Positions 1 through 10,737 are shown, counted from the first letter of the stretch. The stretch is DNA of 64,000 nucleotides from Calothrix sp. NIES-2100 (GCA_002368195.1 AP018178.1:5273286-5337285), one strand, 5' to 3'. Program-made: numbers and translations. Notes: generated by a model not told the origin, from the sequence alone.

Positions 1-25
1 AGTTAACCCGTACAGTTGAACCTTT

Positions 26-577
26 ATGTTTGATCTGTTTGAAAATTGGACACTTCCCCAGGTTTTGCCCGTAGGTGCAGTTTTATTTGATTTGTTATTT
101 ATACTTATGGCTATCTCTATTGAAGCATATTGTTTCAATAGTAGATTAAATTTTGACAAAAAGACTAGCATTTTTTATGCCATTTCTATTAACCTCTTTT
201 CCAGCATAATTGGTTGGGTAGTATTTTTCCTAATCGAGCCAGTATTGCCAATACAGTTGAAGTCAGAATTAATTAATTTTGTCTTTTTCAATAGTTTGAA
301 ATTTTCTAATACGCAAACAGTAGTCATTTTGATGGCTTTTATTATTTTCTTTGGCACATTCATCGTGAAACTATTTCTTCTGAGAATATTTTCCCTCGTA
401 TTAAATGAAAATATAGGTAAAAAATCAGAAGATGACCCACCAACTACTGACCGTTATAAATGGCGAAATCTGAACCGAAATAAATTAATCAGTAATCGGT
501 TGGTGTCTACTATGTTAATTGCTAATTCTTTGAGCTATAGTGCCATAACTCTTGTGTTATTGTTCCGAAGGAAATAA
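26..577 (+). CDS. hypothetical multi-pass membrane protein
   Basis: 183-aa ATG ORF with several hydrophobic stretches; no recognisable family motif. Confidence 0.4.
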   Translation: MFDLFENWTLPQVLPVGAVLFDLLFILMAISIEAYCFNSRLNFDKKTSIFYAISINLFSSIIGWVVFFLIEPVLPIQLKSELINFVFFNSLKFSNTQTVVILMAFIIFFGTFIVKLFLLRIFSLVLNENIGKKSEDDPPTTDRYKWRNLNRNKLISNRLVSTMLIANSLSYSAITLVLLFRRK

Positions 578-646
578 CAGTATTTTCAATAATTTGCCTA
601 AAAAATGGCATAGCGATCGCTAAATGATATAGAGGTGCAAGCAAGA

Positions 647-1687
647 ATGAATACATTATTTAAAGACTTATTGGGCTTAACAGGCTTTGTTTCCGATATT
701 TATGCAGGAATTAAAAAGTTCTTTGTCCCAGATAGAGCTTATTCCTGGCAGACGTTAATCTATTTAAGCCTTTTTTCTTGGGCAATATCATCCTTTGCCA
801 CTGGTCCGATTAAAGATACAATTGCCTTTTTTGGGTGGTTATTTTTAATCGCGGGTACAGCTTGGTATACTACTGATGATCCAGCAAGAATTCCTGGGAC
901 TTATATGCCAGTAGGGGCAGTAATAACTGGATTTTTAGTTAGTGTTTTTGCCTTTGGACAACAGGCGAATGGAATTACATCGGGTACAATCGTTTTTTGG
1001 CCGACATTTTCGGCATTAATTACCGCCATACCAGAGTTCTTTGAAGGAAGTGGTACTGATTACAAAACTCAACTTCCTAAACCTGAAGATCGCCAAAAAA
1101 TTGTAGTATTAGTTGCCAGCTCTATGCTTCTGAGTTGCTGGATTCAGTTTTACTTTGTGGTAAATAATTGGATAGCAGAATATCCTAGTTTGCTGTCAGA
1201 TAATTTCCAACGTAGTACCTTTGTTATTAGAACAGAGCCACCAGTTAAGGTTTCGCCAAACGGTGCTGTAATATTGAAAGAACTGCAACCAAAATTAGAA
1301 CAAGCAATAGATAAACAGTCTTGGGCGCAAGTAGAAAGATGGCTACAAAATGCCAATGCTAATCTCGCAAACCTGAGCCAGAAAATATTGCAAGACAAAC
1401 GTCTTCGGGAAAAAGACGAGAAGAATTTATGGCGGATTGAACCGCGAATTACCAATCCTAATCCTAGGAAGAAAGACGAGTATAACCTAGATATACTAAG
1501 TATCTGGACTGGCCCGAGTTCCGACCCACGAGGGTATTATTTGAAAAAGTCTTGTCAGATTCGCCCAATTGCACAATCTCCAAACAAATCAACTGCTCAA
1601 AAGCCAGATCAAACTTCCCTGACTGCGGAAATTGAGTGTAGTCCTGTTAGTAAACCCATTATTGGTTTACCTCCCGCGCAACGCTGA
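647..1687 (+). CDS. hypothetical membrane protein (N-terminal TM region, C-terminal soluble domain)
   Basis: ORF track 635..1687 begins at GTG; internal ATG at 647 is preceded by GAGG ~10 nt upstream; hydrophobic N-half. Confidence 0.5.
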   Translation: MNTLFKDLLGLTGFVSDIYAGIKKFFVPDRAYSWQTLIYLSLFSWAISSFATGPIKDTIAFFGWLFLIAGTAWYTTDDPARIPGTYMPVGAVITGFLVSVFAFGQQANGITSGTIVFWPTFSALITAIPEFFEGSGTDYKTQLPKPEDRQKIVVLVASSMLLSCWIQFYFVVNNWIAEYPSLLSDNFQRSTFVIRTEPPVKVSPNGAVILKELQPKLEQAIDKQSWAQVERWLQNANANLANLSQKILQDKRLREKDEKNLWRIEPRITNPNPRKKDEYNLDILSIWTGPSSDPRGYYLKKSCQIRPIAQSPNKSTAQKPDQTSLTAEIECSPVSKPIIGLPPAQR

Positions 1688-1789
1688 AGATGCTTTGCTT
1701 CCCATGAATCTAACCTGCTGCTTGTCTCTCACCGAGAATTTCGGTAGAGACAAAATTTAATTCTTTATTTAAAATTTGGGCGTAGATGT

Positions 1790-1936
1790 TTTTTGCGCAA
1801 TGGTCATTTGTCATTGGTCATTTGTCCTTGTCTCCCTTGTCTCCCTTGTTTCCCTCATCCCCCTCATCTCCCTCATCTCCCTCATCCCCCTCATCCCTAG
1901 CCTCTAGCCCCTAGCCCCTAGCCCCTAGCCCCTATT
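1790..1936. repeat. STRR-type heptanucleotide tandem repeat arrays (TGGTCAT; CCCTCATC; CTAGCCC units)
   Basis: direct reading: tggtcatttgtcattggtcatt..., ccctcatctccctcatcc..., cctagcccctagcccctagcccc. Confidence 0.8.
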
Positions 1937-1937
1937 T

Positions 1938-2720
1938 ATGATGAATTTCAGCAGAATTTTGGTGATGGCAAGTAATGTATTTCAGGAAGTGATCCGCGAT
2001 CGCATTTTATATATTATCGGTTTTTATACGCTGATACTTGCCGCTGCTATACGCATACTTCCGGAAATAGCAGCCAGTAGCGAAAACAAAATATTCTTAG
2101 ACTTTGGTATAGTCTTAATGAGTGTCATCGCCTTAATAGTGGCGGTGTTTATTGGCACTGGACTAGTTAACAAAGAAATTGAAAAACGCACTATTTTGGT
2201 ATTGATTGCCAAACCCATCAGTCGCAGTGAGTTTATCACGGGTAAATACTTCGGTTTATCGGCTGTGCTAGCTGTACTCATCACCATTATGACGGTGATT
2301 TATTTAGGATTTTTACAAGTAGCACACGTTCCTCATGGGACAGCTAGTATTTTGATTGCCATCGTTTTTTTATTCCTACAGATATCCTTAATCAATGCTT
2401 TGGCTATTAGTTTTGGTTCATTTACCAGTTCCTTGTTGGCGGTAATTTTAACCTTTGCTGTCTATTTAATGGGCAATATCTCTCAAGATTTATTAAAATT
2501 TGGTCGTCTTAGCCGTAACCCAGGTATTGAACACCTGACTCAAGCTTTGTATTTAATATTGCCCGATTTATCGAGATTAGATTTGAAAAATCATGCTGTT
2601 TATGGTCTGCAAGCCCTACCTAGCCCAACAGCAATGATGGCTAACGCTGGCTATGGCTTGCTTTACAGTTCCATGCTGCTAGCGATCGCTATCTTGATAT
2701 TCTCACGCCGGGAGTTTTAA
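1938..2720 (+). CDS. ABC-2 family transporter permease
   Basis: 260 aa, ~6 predicted TM helices, overall resemblance to ABC-2/NosY-like permeases; no ATPase partner adjacent. Confidence 0.5.
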   Translation: MMNFSRILVMASNVFQEVIRDRILYIIGFYTLILAAAIRILPEIAASSENKIFLDFGIVLMSVIALIVAVFIGTGLVNKEIEKRTILVLIAKPISRSEFITGKYFGLSAVLAVLITIMTVIYLGFLQVAHVPHGTASILIAIVFLFLQISLINALAISFGSFTSSLLAVILTFAVYLMGNISQDLLKFGRLSRNPGIEHLTQALYLILPDLSRLDLKNHAVYGLQALPSPTAMMANAGYGLLYSSMLLAIAILIFSRREF

Positions 2721-2730
2721 TCACAGGTTT

Positions 2731-2758
2731 CGTAGTCAGGATTGAAGTCCTGACTACG
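2731..2758. terminator. bidirectional hairpin between convergent genes
   Basis: cgtagtcagga-ttgaag-tcctgactacg perfect 11-bp stem, lying between the 3' ends of convergent genes. Confidence 0.5.
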
Positions 2759-2774
2759 AACTGATTTACCCATA

Positions 2775-3380
2775 TTAAATAAATGCTATTTGCGGTTCCT
2801 GAATTGTACCGTCGGGCATGATTGTGTCCCGAAGCCTGGTATAAATTATTTTGCTTCCCCAAAGCTTGGCTTCAGTTAAATTAGCCGATGTTAAGTTTGC
2901 CCATGTCAGGTCTGCACCAATTAAATTAGCATCAGTTAAATTTGCTTCCAATAAAATTGCTCCACATAGCTTTGCGCCAGCAAGATTGGCTCGGACTAAT
3001 TTCGCTTCAATTAAAGACGCTTCAATTAAAGACGCTTCACTTAGGTCAGCTTCGCCCAAATCGACTCCACACAAAGAAGCATACGTAAGATTACTACCAC
3101 AAAATTGCGATCGCCATAAAACTGCTCCACATAAATTCGCTTGTGTTAAATCAGCATCGCTTAAATTCGCTTCGCATATAGCGGCTTGCGTCAGATTTGC
3201 CTCACGTAGGTTAGCACCAGTGAGGATAGAGCCAGATAAATTTGCACCCCGCAAATCTGCTCCTAAAAAGTTAACACCACTCAAATCCACTGCTCTCAGG
3301 TCGATTCCGCTCAAGTCACATCCGCTGAAATCCCCACTTTGACTTAATATCAAGTCCTGTTTGTCAGCATAATTTCTCAT
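2775..3380 (-). CDS. pentapeptide repeat protein
   Basis: 201 aa, continuous A(D/N)LxG-type pentapeptide repeats (ANLSGSILTGANLREANLTQA...). Confidence 0.85.
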   Translation of the reverse strand: MRNYADKQDLILSQSGDFSGCDLSGIDLRAVDLSGVNFLGADLRGANLSGSILTGANLREANLTQAAICEANLSDADLTQANLCGAVLWRSQFCGSNLTYASLCGVDLGEADLSEASLIEASLIEAKLVRANLAGAKLCGAILLEANLTDANLIGADLTWANLTSANLTEAKLWGSKIIYTRLRDTIMPDGTIQEPQIAFI

Positions 3381-3574
3381 GGTATTACCTCAAGGTGTAA
3401 ATTATGGCAACAGTCTATTGTGAAAGTTACTGTATATCGAGAGTACACCCCAAAAGTGATAATCCGAGTCGTAAATCAATAATAATTTCCGAAAAAATTC
3501 GTCAAAAGCGTAAAAACAGGCTTTGAAGCCCTTTTTTAAACAAAAAATGCTGACATAAGTCAGGGAAATTTGAT

Positions 3575-3595
3575 ATATAACAATTTGTTATATAA
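3575..3595. promoter_or_regulatory. near-perfect 21-bp palindrome in divergent promoter region upstream of rpsB
   Basis: atatataacaa-t-ttgttatata between divergently oriented genes. Confidence 0.3.
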
Positions 3596-3815
3596 TTTAC
3601 ATACTAAAGTGTATCATTTGTCAAGAAGGCAATAGTTATTTCTCCTGGAGCTTCCTCTGCTTCCCATGCTGCCTGAGATATTAATTACCGTTCATAGCGG
3701 CCCAAATATGCTACCCTAGTATGGCTAATTAATCTCGCACATCCAAGAATTCGGGTGTTTCCTCATGGGGAAATACGCTTGGGTGGAGGTTTAACCCGAA
3801 TCGGAGTAACTATAT

Positions 3816-4607
3816 ATGCCAGTTGTTTCATTGGCTCAGATGATGGAGTCAGGAGTTCACTTTGGTCATCAGACCAGGCGTTGGAACCCAAAAATGTCTC
3901 CATACATTTATACTTCCCGCAATGGTGTACACATTATCGACTTGGTGCAAACTGCCCAGTTGATGGAAGATGCGTATGCTTATATGCGTACACAAGCAGA
4001 ACAAGGGAAAAAATTCCTGTTTGTCGGTACTAAGCGGCAAGCAGCAGGAATTATTGCTCAAGAAGCCAGTCGTTGCGGTTCCCACTACATTAACCAGCGT
4101 TGGTTGGGTGGAATGCTGACTAACTGGACAACTATCAAAACCAGGGTAGACCGCCTCAAAGATTTGGAACGCCGGGAAGAAACCGGAGCATTGGACTTGT
4201 TGCCGAAAAAAGAAGCCTCAATGTTACGCCGGGAGATGGCGAAGCTACAAAAATATTTGGGCGGGATTAAAACCATGCGGAAAGTTCCCGATGTGGTGGT
4301 GATTGTAGACCAACGGCGGGAGTATAACGCAGTTCAAGAATGTCAAAAACTGGCAATTCCCATTGTATCGATGCTAGATACAAACTGTGACCCCGATGTA
4401 GTAGATATTCCCATCCCGGCAAATGACGACGCTATCAGGTCAATTAAACTGATCGTCGGCAAATTGGCGGATGCGATTTATGAAGGTCGTCATGGTCAGT
4501 TAGAAGCAGAAGAAGATTATGACTATGAAGATGGGGAAGAAGACTATGACTATGAAGAGACTGAGTTGTCTGGTACATATGTAAGCGACGACGAAGACGA
4601 AGAATAG
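3816..4607 (+). CDS. rpsB: 30S ribosomal protein S2
   Basis: N-terminus [27 protein letters not shown] is the S2 signature; acidic C-terminal tail; followed by tsf as in most bacteria. Confidence 0.95.
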   Translation: MPVVSLAQMMESGVHFGHQTRRWNPKMSPYIYTSRNGVHIIDLVQTAQLMEDAYAYMRTQAEQGKKFLFVGTKRQAAGIIAQEASRCGSHYINQRWLGGMLTNWTTIKTRVDRLKDLERREETGALDLLPKKEASMLRREMAKLQKYLGGIKTMRKVPDVVVIVDQRREYNAVQECQKLAIPIVSMLDTNCDPDVVDIPIPANDDAIRSIKLIVGKLADAIYEGRHGQLEAEEDYDYEDGEEDYDYEETELSGTYVSDDEDEE

Positions 4608-4758
4608 GATGAAGGATGAAGTATGAAGGATGAAAACTAAAATTTCAGACTTCATACTTGACAATTCACCGTTTTTTGATCCCCAGCCCTGAGTAAGATA
4701 GAAATACTCAACACCCGTGAGCGATTACAACTCGAGGTCAAGTAGGAATTGAGGCAAC

Positions 4759-5703
4759 ATGGCGGAAATATCTGCAAAACTCGTCCAAGAGCTACGCCAA
4801 AAAACTGGTGCTGGCATGATGGACTGCAAAAAAGCACTAAAAGAAACTGATGGCGACATAGAACAAGCCGTAGACTGGTTAAGAAAAAAGAACTTAGTTT
4901 CGGCTGGTAAAAAAAGCGATCGCATTGCCGCAGAAGGTCTAGTAGACACCTATATACAGCCTGGATATCAGGTGGGTGTACTGATAGAAGTCAACTGCCA
5001 AACTGATTTTGTTGCCCGTAACGATGCTTTTAAGGCTCTAGTTAAGAACCTGGCAAAGCAAGCAGCAACTGCTGATAGTGTGGAGTCTTTGTTGGCTCAA
5101 CCTTATAGTGAAGATCAAAGCTTGACCGTAGAAGATTTCATCAAACAAGTCATTGTTACTTTGGGTGAAAATATCCAGGTGCGCCGCTTTGTCAATTTTT
5201 CACTAGCAGAAGGCAAATCAGGCATAGTAGACAGCTACATTCACACTGGCGGTCGAGTTGGTGTGTTAGTTGAGGTAGACTCTGAAACTGATGCAGTAGT
5301 TGGCAATGAAGAGTTCCAAAGCTTAGCACGGAACAGCGCCATGCAAGTAGCTGCTTGCCCTAATGTTGAGTATGTCAGTGTAGGCGAAATCCCCGCTGAA
5401 GTTGCTGCCAAAGAAACAGAAATTGAAATGGGGCGGGATGATTTAGCTAACAAGCCACAGAACATCAAAGAAAAGATTGTTCAAGGACGGATTGAAAAAC
5501 GTCTCAAGGAATTGGCTTTGCTAGATCAGCCTTTCATTCGCGATCAAAGCATTTCTGTAGAAGACTTGGTGAAACAAGTTAAGTCTAAAGTAGGGCAAGA
5601 CATCAAAATTAAACGCTTTGTGCGCTATGTCCTAGGTGAAGGCATTGAAAAGCAAGAAAGCAACTTTGCTGAGGAAGTCGCTGCACAAATGGGCGCAAAA
5701 TAA
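4759..5703 (+). CDS. tsf: translation elongation factor Ts
   Basis: [44 protein letters not shown] = EF-Ts UBA-like N-terminus; duplicated dimerisation/core domains; rpsB-tsf synteny. Confidence 0.95.
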   Translation: MAEISAKLVQELRQKTGAGMMDCKKALKETDGDIEQAVDWLRKKNLVSAGKKSDRIAAEGLVDTYIQPGYQVGVLIEVNCQTDFVARNDAFKALVKNLAKQAATADSVESLLAQPYSEDQSLTVEDFIKQVIVTLGENIQVRRFVNFSLAEGKSGIVDSYIHTGGRVGVLVEVDSETDAVVGNEEFQSLARNSAMQVAACPNVEYVSVGEIPAEVAAKETEIEMGRDDLANKPQNIKEKIVQGRIEKRLKELALLDQPFIRDQSISVEDLVKQVKSKVGQDIKIKRFVRYVLGEGIEKQESNFAEEVAAQMGAK

Positions 5704-5770
5704 TTTAGTCATTTGTCATTTGTCATTTGTCATGAGACTAAGGATAAATGACTGATGATTTGTTAAAACA

Positions 5771-5808
5771 CAGGTCAAGCAATTATGCTGACCTGTATTT
5801 TATTTTTT
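5771..5808 (+). terminator. rho-independent terminator after tsf
   Basis: caggtcaagc-aattat-gctgacctg stem followed by tattttattttttag. Confidence 0.55.
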
Positions 5809-6170
5809 AGTCCTGAGAACTTGGGCGTTAGGGACTTACAAAAAATAAATTACCCATATTCCGTAGTGCGAGCATCTTGCTCGATGAGTGAACACCACCT
5901 CGCGAGACGCTCGCACTACAAATTTATTGGGTATTTAAAAAAATACCCACGGGGGTAGGGGCACGGCATCGATAAAATATTGGTAATACCGAAAGTTGGA
6001 TAATTTATTTTTTGGAGTTCCCTTAAGCTATAAAAACTTGGGTGCTAGGCTGCTATTGCAGGGAATTTGCTATACTTTCGGAAAAATCTTAAATCCTCGG
6101 AATGTTTAATTTATCATAGATTCGTACATTTGTACTATTATTGGGTTTAGGAGGGCAATTAATAGAAGAT

Positions 6171-7043
6171 ATGGCTAGAGCAATCGAGCGAATTGATCGG
6201 GATATTGTATTGCTGAAAGAAGCGATAAAAGCGATCGCGGCAGAACTACAAAACGCTTATGCTATTTATTTCACTCTGTTAGGGCAAGCCGTTCGCCAGC
6301 AGTTGATTCTGGCAACCTATCACCTGTGTACCCAAGGTTATCCCGAAAAATTCCTGAGTTTGTCATTGAATCAACGGCAACATTTGCAACAAGCCATCCG
6401 CAAGTTGGGTAAACAGACAGCTGAACATTTGCTGACTATTATTAGTAGTGAGGAATCTCAGCATGAGGAAGATGAGGGGGATGAGGGGGATGAGGGGGAT
6501 GAGAGGGATGAGGGGGATAAGGGGGATGAGGGAGATGAGGAAGGTGAAAACAATTCTAAATCTCAAATTTCCAATTTAAAACTTACTGACTCTTCTAACC
6601 CAATGGAACTAGTAGCATGGCAACAGAGTGTAGAAAAGTTGACACAACATACACTCAAAAAACTGTCTCATGATGCTAATGCTGTGTTACAAAAAGTCAG
6701 TCTTTTACCCAAAAAGATCCCAGAACCGATTTTAGAAATAGCTGCGGCTGCATCAGAAGCATCTGCCGAAGTTATACCTGGGCCGCCTAACTTATTAAAC
6801 GTGGTCATTGAAATCGAAAATGAACAGGATGCGGAGGAACCTAGCCTGACAAAAGTTATGGCCATTAACCTCCGGCTAGGGGAAATTGAATTTGCTGATG
6901 CTAGACTCTCCTCGGCACGCAAACAGATTCGCAACACCCTACTTCAGTTAAATAAACTAGGACAAGATTATCAAAAAAAGCACCGAGAACGCTCAATTGC
7001 CGAAGCTGAAGCTGCTTGGCGTGCGATTTGGGATGATGATTAA
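6171..7043 (+). CDS. hypothetical protein with internal acidic (DEG)n repeat
   Basis: ORF track starts at TTG 6141; first ATG at 6171 (MARAIERID...); DEGDEGDEGDERDEGDKGDEGDEEGE encoded by a gatgaggggg tandem repeat. Confidence 0.5.
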   Translation: MARAIERIDRDIVLLKEAIKAIAAELQNAYAIYFTLLGQAVRQQLILATYHLCTQGYPEKFLSLSLNQRQHLQQAIRKLGKQTAEHLLTIISSEESQHEEDEGDEGDEGDERDEGDKGDEGDEEGENNSKSQISNLKLTDSSNPMELVAWQQSVEKLTQHTLKKLSHDANAVLQKVSLLPKKIPEPILEIAAAASEASAEVIPGPPNLLNVVIEIENEQDAEEPSLTKVMAINLRLGEIEFADARLSSARKQIRNTLLQLNKLGQDYQKKHRERSIAEAEAAWRAIWDDD

Positions 7044-7045
7044 CT

Positions 7046-7135
7046 AGTCATTTGTCATTTGTCATTTGTCATTTGTCATTTGTGAATAACTAGTGTCCAA
7101 TGCCCAATGCCCACTTGCCCCATGCCCAATGCCCC
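7046..7135. repeat. STRR heptamer arrays (GTCATTT then CCCAATG)
   Basis: gtcatttgtcatttgtcatttgtcatttgtg...ccaatgcccaatgcccacttgccccatgcccaatgcccc. Confidence 0.8.
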
Positions 7136-9622
7136 ATGAGTGACAAACCAGATTGGATCAGATTGCAAAAAGCCTTGGCTGTAGAGGCGGAACACGGTTT
7201 TACAGATTTGATGGGTAGACAATATCGCTTTAGTGAATTTCTCAGCCTGACTCTGGGCAAATTCCCCATTGGTTTACCCGCAACTGAACGCCGTCGCTGG
7301 CAAGAATTAGCGATGCAATTTGCTAAATATTCAGATCTAGGTTTGGAAGAGAGACAACATTTAGTCGCAGACACTCGCAGGTATCTGTATCAATTACAGC
7401 AGGATGATGGGAAACCGCCAGAAAAAAATGGCGTAGTAGCGGAACCAGAGAGAAATTATCAATCTAAAAATCAAACTCCCACAACTCCGATTGTGCCTGA
7501 AGTGAGTCGGAGACTTGCACCAAAAATTGACCAAAAACTCAGCGATTTACCAGAAATCGGCATGAGAAAAGCTGATAATTTGGCGCGTCTGGGTTTGTAT
7601 ACTGTGCGTGACTTACTTTACTACTATCCCCGCGATCATATTGACTATGCGCGTCAGGTAAATATCCGCGAGTTGCAGGCGGGTGAGACGGTGACGATAG
7701 TCGCAACGGTGAAGCGCTGTAACTGTTTTAATAGTCCGAAAAATCAGAAACTTTCAATTTTAGAACTGATACTGAAGGATAACACCGGACAAATCAAAGT
7801 TAGTCGCTTTTCGGCGGGTACAAGGTTCACTAGTCGTGCTTGGCAAGAAAGTTTAAAACGCCGCTATCCTGTGGGTGCTGTGCTTGCGGCTTGTGGGTTG
7901 GTGAAGGAAAGTAAATTTGGCTTGACGCTGGATAACCCCGAATTAGAAGTATTGGCAAATCCGGGAGATGCGATTGATTCCTTGACAATCGGTCGGATAG
8001 TGCCAATTTATGCTTTAACTGAGGGTATCGCGGCGAATATGGTGCGACAGGCGGTAATAGCTGCTTTACCTGCGGCGGCGAATCTCAAAGACCCCTTACC
8101 CAGTGGTTTGCGGGAGAAATATGGTTTGATGGAATTGAAAGATGCGATCGCTAATATTCACTTTCCCCCAGATAGCGCCTCTCTGCAAGTTGCCCGTCGT
8201 CGCCTGGTTTTTGATGAATTTTTCTATTTGCAATTAAGTTTACTGCAACGACAGTATCAAGCAAGGCAAATCCAAACTAGCGCTATTCTGGCTCCCAAAG
8301 GACAGTTATTAGAAAATTTCTACGAAATACTGCCTTTTAAACTCACTGGCGCACAGCAGCGAGTAATTAACGATATTCTCAACGACTTACAACAACCTAC
8401 ACCGATGAATCGGTTGGTGCAAGGTGATGTAGGTTCCGGTAAAACTGTTGTGGCTGTGGTGGCTATTTTAGCGGCGATTCAATCAGGCTACCAAGCAGCG
8501 TTGATGGCTCCGACGGAAGTTTTAGCAGAACAGCATTACCGCAAGTTAGTCAGTTGGTTTAACTTGCTGCATTTACCAGTAGAATTACTGACAGGTTCGA
8601 CAAAAACTGTTAAACGGCGACAAATTCACGCTCAACTGGAAACGGGAGAGTTACCCCTGTTAGTGGGCACTCACGCCTTGATTCAAGACCCCGTAAACTT
8701 TCGCCAATTGGGGTTAGCGGTAATTGACGAACAACATCGGTTTGGGGTGCAACAAAGGGCGCGGTTGCAACAAAAAGGTGAACAACCCCATGTATTAACA
8801 ATGACCGCCACTCCCATTCCCCGGACATTGGCGCTGACGATACATGGGGATATGAATGTCAGTCAAATTGATGAGTTACCGCCAGGGAGACAAAAGATAC
8901 AGACTACAATGCTTACAGGTCAGCAACGTAGCCATGCTTACGACCTGATGCGGCGAGAAATTGCCCAAGGACGACAAGTTTATGTAATTTTGCCTTTGGT
9001 GGAAGAATCAGAAAAGTTAGATTTGCGTTCTGCTGTCGAAGAACACCAAAAATTACAGGAAAGCGTTTTTCCTGACTTTCAAGTTGGGTTGCTTCATGGT
9101 CGCATGAGTTCCGCCGAGAAAGACGAAGCAATTACGCAATTCCGGGATAACAAAACGCAAATTTTAGTTTCTACTACCGTTGTTGAAGTCGGTGTAGATG
9201 TCCCTAATGCTACAGTGATGCTCATTGAACATGCAGAACGGTTTGGTTTATCACAACTGCACCAACTGCGGGGACGGGTTGGGCGTGGTGCAGCGCAGTC
9301 CTATTGTTTGTTAATGAGTAGTTCTCGAAGTCCTGACGCGCAACAACGACTAAAAGTGATGGAACAGTCTCAGGATGGCTTTTTTATATCAGAAATGGAT
9401 ATGCGTTTTCGCGGCCCTGGGGAAGTGCTGGGAACTCGTCAATCTGGTGTGCCGGATTTTACACTTGCAAGTTTGCTGGAAGATGAGGAAGTTTTGCTGT
9501 TAGCGCGACAAGCAGCAGAGAAAGTCATCGAGATAGATGCAACTTTAGAGCGTTGGTATTTGATGAAAGAAGAGTTGAAGTATCGGTATGAGCGATTGAT
9601 GGGTGGGGCGATTATGACTTGA
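7136..9622 (+). CDS. recG: ATP-dependent DNA helicase RecG
   Basis: Walker A GDVGSGKT, DEQH box (VIDEQHRFG), helicase motifs TATPIPRT / QLRGRVGRG; ORF track begins at 7100 inside the CCCAATG repeat, so in-frame ATG at 7136 (MSDKPDW) preferred. Confidence 0.9.
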   Translation: MSDKPDWIRLQKALAVEAEHGFTDLMGRQYRFSEFLSLTLGKFPIGLPATERRRWQELAMQFAKYSDLGLEERQHLVADTRRYLYQLQQDDGKPPEKNGVVAEPERNYQSKNQTPTTPIVPEVSRRLAPKIDQKLSDLPEIGMRKADNLARLGLYTVRDLLYYYPRDHIDYARQVNIRELQAGETVTIVATVKRCNCFNSPKNQKLSILELILKDNTGQIKVSRFSAGTRFTSRAWQESLKRRYPVGAVLAACGLVKESKFGLTLDNPELEVLANPGDAIDSLTIGRIVPIYALTEGIAANMVRQAVIAALPAAANLKDPLPSGLREKYGLMELKDAIANIHFPPDSASLQVARRRLVFDEFFYLQLSLLQRQYQARQIQTSAILAPKGQLLENFYEILPFKLTGAQQRVINDILNDLQQPTPMNRLVQGDVGSGKTVVAVVAILAAIQSGYQAALMAPTEVLAEQHYRKLVSWFNLLHLPVELLTGSTKTVKRRQIHAQLETGELPLLVGTHALIQDPVNFRQLGLAVIDEQHRFGVQQRARLQQKGEQPHVLTMTATPIPRTLALTIHGDMNVSQIDELPPGRQKIQTTMLTGQQRSHAYDLMRREIAQGRQVYVILPLVEESEKLDLRSAVEEHQKLQESVFPDFQVGLLHGRMSSAEKDEAITQFRDNKTQILVSTTVVEVGVDVPNATVMLIEHAERFGLSQLHQLRGRVGRGAAQSYCLLMSSSRSPDAQQRLKVMEQSQDGFFISEMDMRFRGPGEVLGTRQSGVPDFTLASLLEDEEVLLLARQAAEKVIEIDATLERWYLMKEELKYRYERLMGGAIMT

Positions 9623-9720
9623 TTGCTCAGTGCTAGAGTACCGATTCAGTATTGACAACTTTGACGAATAATTACGAATTGTTAATAGAGTCATAAGTAG
9701 TCGGACAGAATTAATTACAC

Positions 9721-9830
9721 AATTTCATTGCGAGCGTTTGCGTAGCGTCTCGTTGGCGCAGCTTCTCCTAGAGAAGAGAAGCAATCGCAAGGGCTGGGAT
9801 TGCTTCTCTCCGCTCGCAATGACTGTAATT
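9721..9830. repeat. dispersed ~100-nt structured repeat, copy 1 (nested inverted repeats)
   Basis: cattgcgagcgtttgcgtagcgtctcg...gagaagagaagcaatc...gattgcttctctccgctcgcaatg; related copies at ~36340-36440 and ~58680-58760. Confidence 0.5.
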
Positions 9831-10033
9831 ATTTTTGTCCATCTACTTACTTACTACGATCTCCTTTGATTTGTCTATATAAACCTATCGACAACTGGGA
9901 ATAATAAACTTGCTTTCCTAAAACTAGGGTTGGTGGATTTGCTGCGTTTTATACTGAGAGTCTTTACTCTAAGCGTCAGTTAAATGCATCACCTCTGAGC
10001 TTCAGTTTATTTCCAAAAGATGAGGTTTGCTCT

Positions 10034-10681
10034 ATGAGTCAGATGAGTAGAGACGATGTTCGTGAACGGCTGGGTAATATCGATCAGATCCGCGATATTA
10101 TTTTTGGAACGCAACTAAGAGAGTACGACAATCGATTCAGCAAGCTGGAGTCGGATATTTCGCTGTTGCAACAACAAATGCGATCGCATGTAGAGCAACT
10201 GAAGTTAAACTTTTCGGCTGAACTCAAGGCGGGGATTGAGGCGCTAGAAAAAAAACTGAAGTCACTCAACCAGACAACTCAAGAAGAAACTTTTGACTTA
10301 CGCCAACAGGTTGATCGTCTGAATAAAAAATTCTCTACCAGTGTTCAGTCGCTTGATGAGGCGTTAGATAGTCAAACTACTTCGATTCGCGATGAAGTTT
10401 TTCAGACTAAAGTCCAATTACAAGACGATGTGACGGCGTTACGAGATCTGATTTTGGAAGAATTAGATCGACGTTTCTCCCAGTTGACAGACACTAAAGT
10501 TTCTAAAGACGATATGGCGGAAACTTTGTTTGCTTTGGGAATGCGACTTAAGGAAACTGAATTTATTCCCAAACTGCGGGAAGCAGCCGATGAACGCGGC
10601 GATAACTATACTGCTGTCACGTTTCTAGAAACTACAAAAGTGTTAACTCACTCCAATGGTGCGACTGAATTACATTCTTAA
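10034..10681 (+). CDS. coiled-coil protein, first gene of GTPase/kinase operon
   Basis: 215 aa, heptad-like Leu/Gln/Glu-rich sequence throughout; ATG start. Confidence 0.55.
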   Translation: MSQMSRDDVRERLGNIDQIRDIIFGTQLREYDNRFSKLESDISLLQQQMRSHVEQLKLNFSAELKAGIEALEKKLKSLNQTTQEETFDLRQQVDRLNKKFSTSVQSLDEALDSQTTSIRDEVFQTKVQLQDDVTALRDLILEELDRRFSQLTDTKVSKDDMAETLFALGMRLKETEFIPKLREAADERGDNYTAVTFLETTKVLTHSNGATELHS

Positions 10682-10737
10682 TCAACAAGACAAACTTTGA
10701 CATTATACTTTGACAATCGATAGCGATACTTACTGAT

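Noticed and set aside
2851-3342. 163-aa + strand ORF antisense to the pentapeptide-repeat gene
   Set aside because: Pentapeptide repeat DNA is low-complexity and routinely gives antisense ORFs; the minus-strand product has the recognisable A(D/N)LxG periodicity.
3755-4085. ORFs 3755..4033 (+) and 3849..4085 (-) overlapping rpsB
   Set aside because: Both lie inside or across the strongly supported rpsB reading frame and have no motifs; read as frame-shadow ORFs.
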